Shown here one piece after another: positions 31,493 to 40,543 of a stretch of 46,359 nucleotides of DNA (positions are counted from its first letter, which is position 1; each line of letters begins with the position of its first letter). A program made the translations under genes and the position numbers. Origin of the DNA: a virus. The notes under the pieces were generated by a model that saw nothing but the letters and a program-made list of their open reading frames with translations, ran no database searches and had not been told where the DNA came from. The stretch is taken from the IMG/VR virus record IMGVR_UViG_3300050499_000085; one strand, written 5' to 3'.

Positions 31493-31987
31493 ATGCTCAG
31501 ATTATCCAGCGTGTTGCAGCAGTGGCTGCGTCCGGGCGTGCTGTTCCCCAACCTGACCGGGGTCGCGCCCTCGGCTGCGGTGCCGCTCTCGGCGCTGTGG
31601 CACAACGCCAATCTGGTCGCGCCCACGCCGGTCACCAAGACCGGCGCGCTGTCGGGCAACAATCAGGCGCTCACCGCCGCCGAGGTCTTGCAGGGCGTGA
31701 TCTTTCTGGACGTGACCAACGGCGCCGGGTTCACCTTGACCCTGCCCTCCACCAACTCCTTGCTCAGTGCATTTTCAAATGTGCTGGTGAAGGACGGCAC
31801 GTTCGCCAAGGAGGTCACGGTGGTTAACAACAACATCGGCCAGACCGGGACGCTGACGGCGGGCGATGGCAGCACGACGATTACCGGGACGGCGACGATT
31901 GCGACCAATACCACGCGCCGTTTCTTGATGACAGTGACCAGCGGCACGACCATCAACTTCCGCAACATGGGATCGTTGTCGCTGTAG
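31493..31987 (+). CDS. Structural protein, 164 aa, apparent paralog of the 242-aa protein
   Basis: ATG 31493. The upstream part of the track ORF is an Arg/Pro-rich overlap. Confidence 0.65.
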   Translation: MLRLSSVLQQWLRPGVLFPNLTGVAPSAAVPLSALWHNANLVAPTPVTKTGALSGNNQALTAAEVLQGVIFLDVTNGAGFTLTLPSTNSLLSAFSNVLVKDGTFAKEVTVVNNNIGQTGTLTAGDGSTTITGTATIATNTTRRFLMTVTSGTTINFRNMGSLSL

Positions 31988-32061
31988 GCAGGCGCGGTAC
32001 CCGAGTGGTGGGACGTTACTCACCGTTCGACTTGTGGGCGTAACTCACAGAGGAGCAGTGC

Positions 32062-32877
32062 ATGAGCAAGCTATGGCAGTGGCTGCTGGCAGCGTATTTG
32101 CCGGGCGGCTGGTTGTGTCCGTGTGTGGGGGAAGATGACGGCGGGGGCGAAGGTGCAGGCGAAGATCAGGCGGGCGAGACGGACGAGTCTGCCGACGAAC
32201 CCGCCGAGCCAGCCGACGAAGAAGGCGAGGCGGGCGAGGGCGACGAGGGTGAGGCTGAATCGGAGCCTGACGACGGCGCCGCGCCCAAGGCCGGGCGGCG
32301 GCAGGGGCGAATCGAGCGGCTGAACGCGCGGCTGGCGCAGGAGCGCGAAGCGCGCGAGCGCGCCGAGGCCGAGGCCAGAGCGGCGCGCACACCGGCAGCG
32401 CCCACGCGCAACGAGGCCGAGGAAGAGGCCGAGATGCAGCGCCGCGAGGAAGCGGCGGGGCTCAAGTACGAGCAGCGTTTGTACAACGCGGCGCAGCGCC
32501 TGCAGCAGCGTTCGCAGCAGCGCCAGCAACAGGTGGAAAGCGTGCTGGCCGACAAGCTCGACGCCATCGAGTTTGCGACCGAGTGCCAAGGCAACGAACT
32601 GGCGCAGAAGCACCGCGATGAAGTGGAGAAGCGATTGACCACCATGCGCAACGCGGGCCGCAATGCCCCGCGCATGGGACTGCTGGCGCTCATTCTCGGC
32701 GAGCAAGTGATCAAGCAGTCGAAGGGCAAGCCGAGCAAGCGCAAGGAAGAAGCAGAAGCACGCATCACGCAGCGCCGTGGCGAGCCTCCGGGCAACCGCA
32801 GCGATGCCAGCAACCGGGGAGCGCGCCGCGACGACGCTAAGGCGCGTGAGAAGCGGCTACTCGGTCAACGCATTTGA
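32062..32877 (+). CDS. Scaffolding protein candidate, 271 aa
   Basis: Directly upstream of the capsid gene. Highly acidic N-terminal region, then charged coiled-coil-like sequence. AGGAG RBS. Confidence 0.65.
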   Translation: MSKLWQWLLAAYLPGGWLCPCVGEDDGGGEGAGEDQAGETDESADEPAEPADEEGEAGEGDEGEAESEPDDGAAPKAGRRQGRIERLNARLAQEREARERAEAEARAARTPAAPTRNEAEEEAEMQRREEAAGLKYEQRLYNAAQRLQQRSQQRQQQVESVLADKLDAIEFATECQGNELAQKHRDEVEKRLTTMRNAGRNAPRMGLLALILGEQVIKQSKGKPSKRKEEAEARITQRRGEPPGNRSDASNRGARRDDAKAREKRLLGQRI

Positions 32878-32921
32878 CGGGTCGATTGTCGGCTCGTCTT
32901 TTATAGGGGAGTCGAGAGCGT

Positions 32922-34346
32922 ATGAGCCGCATCCTTCTGCAACTGCTTGCACCGTTCCTGCCCGGCGGGTTCTTCGCGCCGGGTCTGGTCAATCAGCAAG
33001 CCTCCTTCGCAGCCGATGTCAGCAACTACATTGCCGACAAGACGCTGCCACTGGCGCGGCGGCAGCTGATTGCCTATCAGTTCGGCGATCCGCTCGACTT
33101 GCCCGCGCATTCGGGCCTGACCTACACCGCCTCGCGCTACGAGCGTCTGCCGCTGCCGTTCCAGCCGCTGACCGAAGGTGTAGCCCCGCCCGGATCGGCG
33201 ATGACGTTGCAGCAGGTGCAGGCGACCGCGCAGCAGTGGGGCGACCGCGTGATCATCACCGACGTGGCCGATCTGACCATCAAGCACCCGCTGTTCAAAA
33301 AAGCGGTGGAACTGGTGGGCATGCAGCTGCCCGAAACCCTGGAGCGCAACACCTTCACGACCCTGCAGTCGGGCGTGCAGGTCAATTTCGCCAACGGGCG
33401 TGCCACACGCGGCGCACTCACCGCGACCGACGTGCTCACGCCTTTGGAAGTCTCGCGCGTGGTGGGCTCGCTCACGACCTACGGCGCCCCGCGCTTCATG
33501 GGCGACGAGCGCGAGGACATGAAGATCGACGCCGACCGCTCGCCCAACCGGGGCAGCAATTCGCCTGCGGTCATGGAGCACTACGTCGCGCTGGTGCATC
33601 CGCTGGTGTCGCAGGACTTGCGCCAGAACGCATCGGTGGTGCAGGCGTGGGCCTTCAGCGATGTCAACCGGCTCTACAACAACGAGCTTGGCGCGTGGGG
33701 CGGGGTGCGCTTCTGCTCGTCCAACATGATCCCCTATTGGGTGGGCGTGGCGGCAGTGAGCGGCACGGCCTCGGCCACCGGCGGCTCGCTCGCCACCTCG
33801 GCCACCTACAACATTCAGGTCACCGGCGCACCGGCGCAGACCTCGGTCGAGCAGCGCATCTATGCCGCCTCGGGCAGCATCTCGGTCACCGGCCCGACCG
33901 GCTCGATTGCGGTCACTACGCCCAACGTGCCGGGCTACGTGTTCAACATCTACGTGAGCAGCACGGCCACCATCTCCAACCTCGGCTTGACCGCGCTGGG
34001 CCCGACCTCCGGCCCGCTCGCAGGCAACGCCGTGCAGCTGCCGCCCAACACCAGCGTGGTCATCACCGGCATCGGCGCGGCGCAGACCCCGCCGCAGGCA
34101 CCAACGGCAGGGGTCACCGTGTTCCCGACCTACTTCATCGGGCGCGGGGCCTACGGTCAGGTCACCTTGGCCGACGCCGAGTTCCACTACCTGACCGGCG
34201 CGGACAAATCCGATCCGAACAACCAGACGCGGGTGGTGAGTTGGAAGGTGTTTTACGGCTCGATCTTCTTGAACCAAGGATTCATGGCGCGCGTGGAATC
34301 GGCTAGCGCCTTCGCGGCTGGCTACACGAGCGGCACCGTTTCCTAA
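32922..34346 (+). CDS. Major capsid protein (HK97 fold, N4-gp56-like pattern), 474 aa
   Basis: LPAHSGLTYTASRYERLP...LTEGVAPPG...QQWGDRVIITDVADL...ETLERN matches the family pattern from memory. Followed by the strongest terminator in the genome. Confidence 0.85.
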   Translation: MSRILLQLLAPFLPGGFFAPGLVNQQASFAADVSNYIADKTLPLARRQLIAYQFGDPLDLPAHSGLTYTASRYERLPLPFQPLTEGVAPPGSAMTLQQVQATAQQWGDRVIITDVADLTIKHPLFKKAVELVGMQLPETLERNTFTTLQSGVQVNFANGRATRGALTATDVLTPLEVSRVVGSLTTYGAPRFMGDEREDMKIDADRSPNRGSNSPAVMEHYVALVHPLVSQDLRQNASVVQAWAFSDVNRLYNNELGAWGGVRFCSSNMIPYWVGVAAVSGTASATGGSLATSATYNIQVTGAPAQTSVEQRIYAASGSISVTGPTGSIAVTTPNVPGYVFNIYVSSTATISNLGLTALGPTSGPLAGNAVQLPPNTSVVITGIGAAQTPPQAPTAGVTVFPTYFIGRGAYGQVTLADAEFHYLTGADKSDPNNQTRVVSWKVFYGSIFLNQGFMARVESASAFAAGYTSGTVS

Positions 34347-34391
34347 CTAGACCTCCCTCTCTTGCTCGGGGTCAACGCGCAAGAGTGTTAC

Positions 34392-34419
34392 CGGGGGCTT
34401 AATGGCCCCCGTTTTTTTT
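34392..34419 (+). terminator. Rho-independent terminator after the capsid gene
   Basis: CGGGGGC (34392-34398) / GCCCCCG (34405-34411), then T8 (34412-34419). Confidence 0.85.
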
Positions 34420-34433
34420 GAAAGGTGCTTGTG

Positions 34434-34889
34434 ATGACAGACAAGAAACTCACGTTGAATGCCGATCTGGACCTGCCTGCCGAGATACGCGAGAAGCTGG
34501 CGAACTACGAGAAGATGGAGGCACGCGCGCAGCGTGCGGACGCCATCGAGGCCGAGCGTAACAAGCTGAAGCAGCTGCTCTCGGAGAAGGTGAGCCCGCA
34601 CCTGGACATGGTGAGCCTCGATGACAATGGCAAGCCAAGCTACAAGCACATGATCGACCTGCCGCCGGTGGGCGGCTTCTCGATCCGCATCAACGGCGTG
34701 GACTTCTTTCACGGTCAGGTGTACGACCTGGACGAGGACATGATGAGGTGCATCATGGACATCGAGTACCGCTGCTGGCAGCACGAACGCTCGATTCGCG
34801 GCAGCAACGAGAACGCCTACCGGCGTCAGTTCAACAACACGCTGGGCCCCAACGGCGTGATCAACACGCGCCGCAGTCTGATGGGCTAA
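34434..34889 (+). CDS. Virion-module hypothetical protein, 151 aa
   Basis: GAAAGG RBS 9 nt before ATG 34434 (the track start GTG 34425 is less likely). Confidence 0.6.
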   Translation: MTDKKLTLNADLDLPAEIREKLANYEKMEARAQRADAIEAERNKLKQLLSEKVSPHLDMVSLDDNGKPSYKHMIDLPPVGGFSIRINGVDFFHGQVYDLDEDMMRCIMDIEYRCWQHERSIRGSNENAYRRQFNNTLGPNGVINTRRSLMG

Positions 34890-34904
34890 AGGAGAATATG
34901 ACAC

Positions 34905-35333
34905 ATGGATGAAGCCGCGCGTGACCCGCTCGTCGCCAACGGATTCCAGATTCAAAGCGGCGCGGGGCAGGGCCGCAACATCAGCATCACGGGCGTGTTC
35001 CTCACCAGCGATTCGCTGGCCGAGAAAAACCGCAAGTTCGATGAGGCGATGACGATCATCAACCGCCAGCGCGTGCGTCAGGAAGTGCCGCTGCTGGAGG
35101 AGCAGCTGGACAATCAGGTGCGCCAACTCGATCACGCGCTGAACGAGGAGCAGCGCCTGCGCGATGTGGTCGCGGCCACCAAGCAGTCCGATGCCAAGAG
35201 CAAGCGGCAGGCGGAACTGAACGCGGCGAGCAACGCGGTGGAGTCGTTGAAGAAGAGCATCAAGGAGGGCCAGGAGCGCCTTGCCGAGATGCGTGAGGAA
35301 GGCGGTTTTGACAGCGGAGACAACGGCACATGA
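34905..35333 (+). CDS. Virion-module coiled-coil protein, 142 aa
   Basis: AAAGGAGAA RBS. Stop overlaps the next ATG. Confidence 0.6.
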   Translation: MDEAARDPLVANGFQIQSGAGQGRNISITGVFLTSDSLAEKNRKFDEAMTIINRQRVRQEVPLLEEQLDNQVRQLDHALNEEQRLRDVVAATKQSDAKSKRQAELNAASNAVESLKKSIKEGQERLAEMREEGGFDSGDNGT

Positions 35334-36013
35334 TGACGGCCAACCAGATTTGCGCGCTCGCGCGGCAGGTGTCCAAGGCACCGGCGGCTTACTCGCAGCA
35401 GAGCCAGCAGATGATGCAACTGGTGCTCGATGACCTGTCGATCAACCGCAACCTGCGGGTGAATCTGGTGACCAGCACGCTCAATGTGCCCGCCAACGTC
35501 AACGGGCCCATTGCGCTGCCGGTCAACTGCCAGCGCGTGTACGACCTGTTCTACACCGTGAACGGCATTCCGCACGAGATCACGCCGATTGATTGGGACT
35601 TGTACGACTCGCTAATCGTTTCGCCGCAAGTGACCAATTATCCGTACAACTTCGCGGTGGACGTGAGCCCGACGCAGGCCGATGGCGTGGCGCCCAACAT
35701 CTGGATTTATCCGCTGTCCACCACACCGCTGCCCTGCCAGCTGCGCTACTTCAAGAAGCAGGCGACACTCGTGGACTTCAACGTGGTGCCGTGGTTTCTG
35801 GATCAGGACTACCTGCTGCACGCGGTATCCACGCAGCTGATGAAGATCACCAACGATGATCGCTGGCCCGCCTTTGTCTCCAGCGGCGAGGAGATGCTGC
35901 GAAAGCATCTGATCATGGAGGGCAACCGGCTCAACGTGCCGATCCGCGTCAAGCTCGATCCGACCTTGTACCGCCCGCACTCCAGCCTGCGCCCGACCAA
36001 GCTGACGGACTGA
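35330..36013 (+). CDS. Tail adaptor / tubular-protein-A-like candidate, 227 aa
   Basis: Call rests only on position between the head genes and the large tail protein, and on size. Confidence 0.5.
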   Translation: MMTANQICALARQVSKAPAAYSQQSQQMMQLVLDDLSINRNLRVNLVTSTLNVPANVNGPIALPVNCQRVYDLFYTVNGIPHEITPIDWDLYDSLIVSPQVTNYPYNFAVDVSPTQADGVAPNIWIYPLSTTPLPCQLRYFKKQATLVDFNVVPWFLDQDYLLHAVSTQLMKITNDDRWPAFVSSGEEMLRKHLIMEGNRLNVPIRVKLDPTLYRPHSSLRPTKLTD

Positions 36014-36014
36014 C

Positions 36015-37703
36015 ATGCTGCGCAACGCCCATCCCGTCCCGTTCATCGCCCGAGGGGTGGCGGACGGTTTCGAGCAGACCAACACGTTCCCCGGCGCGTG
36101 CCGCCTGATGCGTAATTTCATCTTCGATCAGGCCAATCCGAACGTGGCGGTGGCGCGTCCCGGCTGCACGCTGCTGATCGACTTCGGCACCGAGCCGAGC
36201 TTCATCGATCCGACATGGTTGCCGGTCCACATCACGGTGGGCACGCGCATCTACGGCATGGTGTCCACTTCGACCTTCGGCGCGTTCGATGAGCCGTTTT
36301 GCTACGACACGCTGGACAACGTATTCATTCCGGTGACGGGCGCTGGCGCGCTCAACCTGCCCCTCACGCAGGCCACGGTGGGCCAGTGGAATCCGCCGAC
36401 GATGGCGCAAGTCGGGCCCTACATCCTGATCACGCATCCGGGCTACGACGGCACACCGGGCAAGTTCATCGGCTACATCGACGTCAACATTCCGCTCGCG
36501 CCCATCTACGACTGCGCGGACACGGCGCTGACTGGCTTCGCGGACGTGCCAACGGCGGTGGTCAACTACAACAATCGCGCCTACTACGCGGTCAACAACG
36601 CCATCGAGTTCAGCGACGTTCTGCTCCCGCTCCAGCGCACCGCCGGTCCCCCGATCCAAGTGCTCACCTTCGGCGACGACACGCCGATCAGCGCCTTGGC
36701 CCCCTTGGCGATGGGCACCAGCGTGCAGGGCGTGCTGGGCGCGCTGATCGTGTTCAAGGCATCGGTTGAGTCCACTGCCGGTTCCAAGATGTCGATGTGG
36801 CAAGTGACCGGCGATATCGACACGCTCCCGCAAAGCAACCTGCTCGTGCAGCAGCTGGCCGAGAACGTGGGCACGTTCGCGCCGCGCTCGTGCTGGAACA
36901 CGCCAGAGGGCTTGAAGTTCATGGGCGCGGACGGGGTCTACGTCGTCAACGTGGCGGGCATGGTCATCCCGCTCAACAATCGGCGCGGCGATCCCGACGG
37001 CCTGCCCGACTTGCGCCTGCCCTTCGCGGAGGCCACACCCGCGCAGCAGTCGCGCGCAGCCGGGTGCTACAACGCGGGCGTGTACCGCATCAGCCTGGAC
37101 ACGGTCATCAACGGCATCGCGCAGGATGGCTTGGACTTCTGGTTCGATGAACGCTACCGGCGCTGGAACGGGCCGCACACCTTCCGCTACGACTGCGCCT
37201 CGCCGCTGGGCAAGCAGTTCGTGCTGTCCTCTTCCACGCATGGCGCGGTCTTGTTCCTGTCCTCGCCCACGCAGCAATCGGCGCAATCGGTCTACACCGA
37301 CAACGGCGTGGTCTATGAATGCTTCATGCAAGGCTCGCTCATGAGCGATCAGGGCGACATGAACATGAACACCATCGTGGAAACCACGATGGAGTTGGGG
37401 CGCTCCTCGCAGTCCTCGCAGTACATCATCCAGGCGCAGGACGAGTTCGGCGCGTCGCTGAACGAGGCCACCATCACGATCCTGAACGTGGGCGCGCTGT
37501 GGGGCTCGGTGACGTGGGGCGAGTTCGAATGGGCGGCATCGAGCTACATCAGCCAGATTCTCAACGTGCCGTGGACCGAGCCGATCATCTTCAAGCGCAT
37601 CCAGTTTCAAGTGCGCTGCACGGCCCAAGGCGGGGTCGCGCTCGGGCGCACATGGGTGCGCTACCAGCAACTCGGGTACATGAACACTCAACAGGTGGCC
37701 TAA
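36015..37703 (+). CDS. Tail nozzle / tubular-protein-B-like candidate, 562 aa
   Basis: Position and size only. Starts 1 nt after the upstream stop. Confidence 0.5.
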   Translation: MLRNAHPVPFIARGVADGFEQTNTFPGACRLMRNFIFDQANPNVAVARPGCTLLIDFGTEPSFIDPTWLPVHITVGTRIYGMVSTSTFGAFDEPFCYDTLDNVFIPVTGAGALNLPLTQATVGQWNPPTMAQVGPYILITHPGYDGTPGKFIGYIDVNIPLAPIYDCADTALTGFADVPTAVVNYNNRAYYAVNNAIEFSDVLLPLQRTAGPPIQVLTFGDDTPISALAPLAMGTSVQGVLGALIVFKASVESTAGSKMSMWQVTGDIDTLPQSNLLVQQLAENVGTFAPRSCWNTPEGLKFMGADGVYVVNVAGMVIPLNNRRGDPDGLPDLRLPFAEATPAQQSRAAGCYNAGVYRISLDTVINGIAQDGLDFWFDERYRRWNGPHTFRYDCASPLGKQFVLSSSTHGAVLFLSSPTQQSAQSVYTDNGVVYECFMQGSLMSDQGDMNMNTIVETTMELGRSSQSSQYIIQAQDEFGASLNEATITILNVGALWGSVTWGEFEWAASSYISQILNVPWTEPIIFKRIQFQVRCTAQGGVALGRTWVRYQQLGYMNTQQVA

Positions 37704-37706
37704 GAC

Positions 37707-38759
37707 ATGGCAATCATCGGCGCGCTGCCCATCACGCTGACCAACGGCACGGTGGCCGACGCAACGCAGGTCATGCAGGACTTCTCGTTCATCGTCAGTC
37801 AGGTGAACAACAACGGGGCGGAACTGTCGCTGACCCCGCAGCTGAATGTCGCCAACGTGTTCACGCAGCCGCAGACGGCATTGCCTGCGACCACGCGGGC
37901 GCATCTGCCGCGCGCGAGCCAAGTGCAGGACGGGGCGTTCAACTATCTGACCGGGGTGGCGGGCACCAACGCCGTCACCGGCAATGCCGCGATCTCGCCG
38001 GGCGCCTACATCATCGGGGCCGCGTTCTGGTTCATCCCGGCAGCGACCAACACGGGCGCGACCACCTTGAGCATCAACGGGCTGGGCGCGCAGGCCGTGC
38101 AGGTCAGCGGCAACGGCTGCACCGGCGGGGAGCTTCGCGCGGGCAAGCCGGTGGGCGTGTTCTGGAGCGGGGCGGCGTTTCAGATCGTGCATGGCTGCTG
38201 GGGCGGGGGCAGGCCGCTCGCGAGCTACGTGCAGATCGCCGGGGCCACCACACCGGCGGATGTGCTGCTGTGTTTCGGTCAGTCGATTGCGACAGCGGGT
38301 GCGGGTGCCGATCTGTTCGCGCGCATCGGCTACACCTACGGCGGGGCCGGGGCTAGCTTCACGCTGCCCGATTGCCGTGGCCGCACGGTCGTGGGCAAGG
38401 ACGACATGGGCGGGGGTGCGGCGGGCCGCGTCACCGCCGGGGTGAGCGGGGTCAACGGCGCGGCGCTCGGTGGGGCGGGCGGGGACCAGCAGGCGCAGAC
38501 GCATACGCACACGTTCACCGCTTCAGCTTCCCCTAGCGGCTCGCACAGTCACACGACAAACATTCAGTCGTTCAGCAGCGGGTTTAATGCCCAATCTGTC
38601 ACGCTGCAGCCGGCTCAATTCGGAGCCCCAGCCAGCTTCACATCAAGCACCCAACCCGATCACACCCACACCATCAGCGCGAGCGGCGGGACCGCGTTGT
38701 CGGGCGTGGCGCAGAACATGCAGCCCTCGATCATCGCCAACACCGGGATCGTGTGGTGA
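37707..38759 (+). CDS. Tail fibre protein with a phage tail collar domain, 350 aa
   Basis: LLCFGQSIATAGAGADLFARIGYTYGGAGASFTLPDCRGRTVVG is the collar-domain signature. HTHT/HSHT metal-site-like repeats follow. Confidence 0.8.
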   Translation: MAIIGALPITLTNGTVADATQVMQDFSFIVSQVNNNGAELSLTPQLNVANVFTQPQTALPATTRAHLPRASQVQDGAFNYLTGVAGTNAVTGNAAISPGAYIIGAAFWFIPAATNTGATTLSINGLGAQAVQVSGNGCTGGELRAGKPVGVFWSGAAFQIVHGCWGGGRPLASYVQIAGATTPADVLLCFGQSIATAGAGADLFARIGYTYGGAGASFTLPDCRGRTVVGKDDMGGGAAGRVTAGVSGVNGAALGGAGGDQQAQTHTHTFTASASPSGSHSHTTNIQSFSSGFNAQSVTLQPAQFGAPASFTSSTQPDHTHTISASGGTALSGVAQNMQPSIIANTGIVW

Positions 38760-39094
38760 GCGTGTTCGCCAAGAAAAACGTCTGTCCGTTCGTCTCGCGC
38801 GAGTGCGTGGGCGAGAAGTGCCACGCCTGGATGAAGTTCGTCACGACCAACCAGATCACCGGACAAAGCGAGGAGCACGAAGCCTGCGGCATGACGCAGC
38901 AGACGCACCTGCTGGTGGAGATGATCCAGTTGTTGCGCCAGCAGCAGGGCCAGACGCAGCAGTTGTCGGGCGCGCTGCACCAGCAGGCCACGGCAATGCA
39001 AAGCTACCTGCAGCACGAGCGCGAGCGTTCGATAGACAACATGAGGCAGATCGATGCAGTCGTTGTTCCACCGAACGGGCACACTGGCCGTTGA
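38753..39094 (+). CDS. Hypothetical protein, 113 aa (N-terminal CPF..C..C.H cluster, Gln-rich helix)
   Basis: GTG 38753 overlapping the fibre stop. Confidence 0.5.
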   Translation: MVSVFAKKNVCPFVSRECVGEKCHAWMKFVTTNQITGQSEEHEACGMTQQTHLLVEMIQLLRQQQGQTQQLSGALHQQATAMQSYLQHERERSIDNMRQIDAVVVPPNGHTGR

Positions 39095-39449
39095 GCCGGA
39101 GCGCCCCGGCGAGCGCGAGCCCGACATCGAGTTTCGCGAGGCCGACAACGTGTTCGTCAAGGTCAACACGTTCCTGACGCAGCGCCCCTCGGTGCGCGAG
39201 ATGCACAAGCACGCGTACTCGCATGTGAGCGTGTTCCTGGGACGTTTCCGGGTTTTCCTGGGCGATGCTGACGGCATACCGTTCGCCGCGCCCTACGTCG
39301 ATGTCGGCGGGCCCGGCCAGCCGCAGAGCCTGACCATCGAGGCCGGGCGCTATCACCGCATCATGTGCCTGTCGCCGGGCGGCAAGCTGATGTGTATCTG
39401 GAACGGCGATCATTGGGACGAGGAGGTCAAGACGCATGGACTCGATTAA
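39054..39449 (+). CDS. Hypothetical protein, 131 aa (cupin-like impression only)
   Basis: Track ORF. Overlaps both neighbours. Confidence 0.5.
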   Translation: MQSLFHRTGTLAVEPERPGEREPDIEFREADNVFVKVNTFLTQRPSVREMHKHAYSHVSVFLGRFRVFLGDADGIPFAAPYVDVGGPGQPQSLTIEAGRYHRIMCLSPGGKLMCIWNGDHWDEEVKTHGLD

Positions 39450-40533
39450 TCCGCTGGTGCGGCTGGTGTGCTGGCTGCACGGTTTCCTGCAGCCGCATTG
39501 GGTGGGCCTCGCGCTGGGCGCGGTGAGCGCGGTCGGCGGGATCATGGATGCGTTCGGCAGCGATGATGAGGGCGGGGGCAGCGACACCGGCGCATTGAAC
39601 AAGTGGCACCTGCTGGAGCAAGACAATGCTTGGCGGCAGGCCAATGCCAAGAACAGGGACTACACCAACGCGCTGGCCGCCTTCTCCGGGGGGCAGGCGC
39701 GCAGCCTCTACGATCAAGGCATGGGCCTCAACTGGCAACCGTACATGCACGCGAACCAGCAGGCGGGCGACATGTATAGCGGGCTCGCGCCGCTGTACAC
39801 GCAGTACGGCGACCGCTTCGCAGGCTTGGGCGATACCATCTGGCAGTACGGGCAGCGCATGATGGACGCGGGGTTCGATCCGCAAGACCTCTTGCGCAAG
39901 CGGCTCGCGCAGCAGACGCAGCAGCAATCGCGTGCAGCCAGCACGGCGCGGGGGCTTGGCACCTCGCCCTATGCCGCCGGGCTTGAGTCGCAGGCGCTGT
40001 CGAACTTCGACATCGATTGGGAGAACAACCTGCTGCAGCGGATGGGGATGGGCCTGCAGGGCGGGATCGCGGCGAACCAGATGGGCGGGCAGGATTTTAC
40101 GACCGCAATGATGCTCTACCAAATGGCCCCGCAGATGCTGCAGCAGGGGGCGATGGCTCCGCTGCAGGCACGCCAGAACCAGCTGGCCTACCAGCAGGGG
40201 CAGCTGGGCCAATACGGCCAGAACATCCAGAACTACCAGCTTGCCCCGCTCTCGGCCTTCCAACAGCTGCAGATTCCTTACCTGTACCAAGGCCAAGGCG
40301 CGCTGAACAGCGCCAACCAGCAGTTCAACACCGACCGCGCCTTCAACGCGCAGCAGCAATCCTCTGGCATGAATGCGGCGTTCCAGGGCATCGGCGCGAT
40401 CAACGACGCCTGGAACAACGGCAGTTTCGGGCAGGCATTCGGGGGCGGTGGCGGCAGCAGCAGCGGGTCGAACCTTGCCAACGCCTTCAACACGGCCACG
40501 CCCTCGCAGTGGTCGGCGGCCTTCGGCTACTAA
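39436..40533 (+). CDS. Internal virion/ejection-type protein candidate, 365 aa, Gln/Gly/Asn/Met-rich with an N-terminal hydrophobic segment
   Basis: Composition, and position as the first of three consecutive proteins of increasing size at the operon end. Confidence 0.55.
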   Translation: MDSINPLVRLVCWLHGFLQPHWVGLALGAVSAVGGIMDAFGSDDEGGGSDTGALNKWHLLEQDNAWRQANAKNRDYTNALAAFSGGQARSLYDQGMGLNWQPYMHANQQAGDMYSGLAPLYTQYGDRFAGLGDTIWQYGQRMMDAGFDPQDLLRKRLAQQTQQQSRAASTARGLGTSPYAAGLESQALSNFDIDWENNLLQRMGMGLQGGIAANQMGGQDFTTAMMLYQMAPQMLQQGAMAPLQARQNQLAYQQGQLGQYGQNIQNYQLAPLSAFQQLQIPYLYQGQGALNSANQQFNTDRAFNAQQQSSGMNAAFQGIGAINDAWNNGSFGQAFGGGGGSSSGSNLANAFNTATPSQWSAAFGY

Positions 40534-40543
40534 GGAGACAACG

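Noticed and set aside
16427-38510. Other long antisense ORFs: 16427-17827, 22305-24167, 25102-26961, 28290-30470 and 35949-38510 (minus strand).
   Set aside because: Each mirrors a well-supported plus-strand gene (depolymerase, terminase, portal, tailspike, tail genes). Each has Arg/His/Asp-rich junk-like composition.
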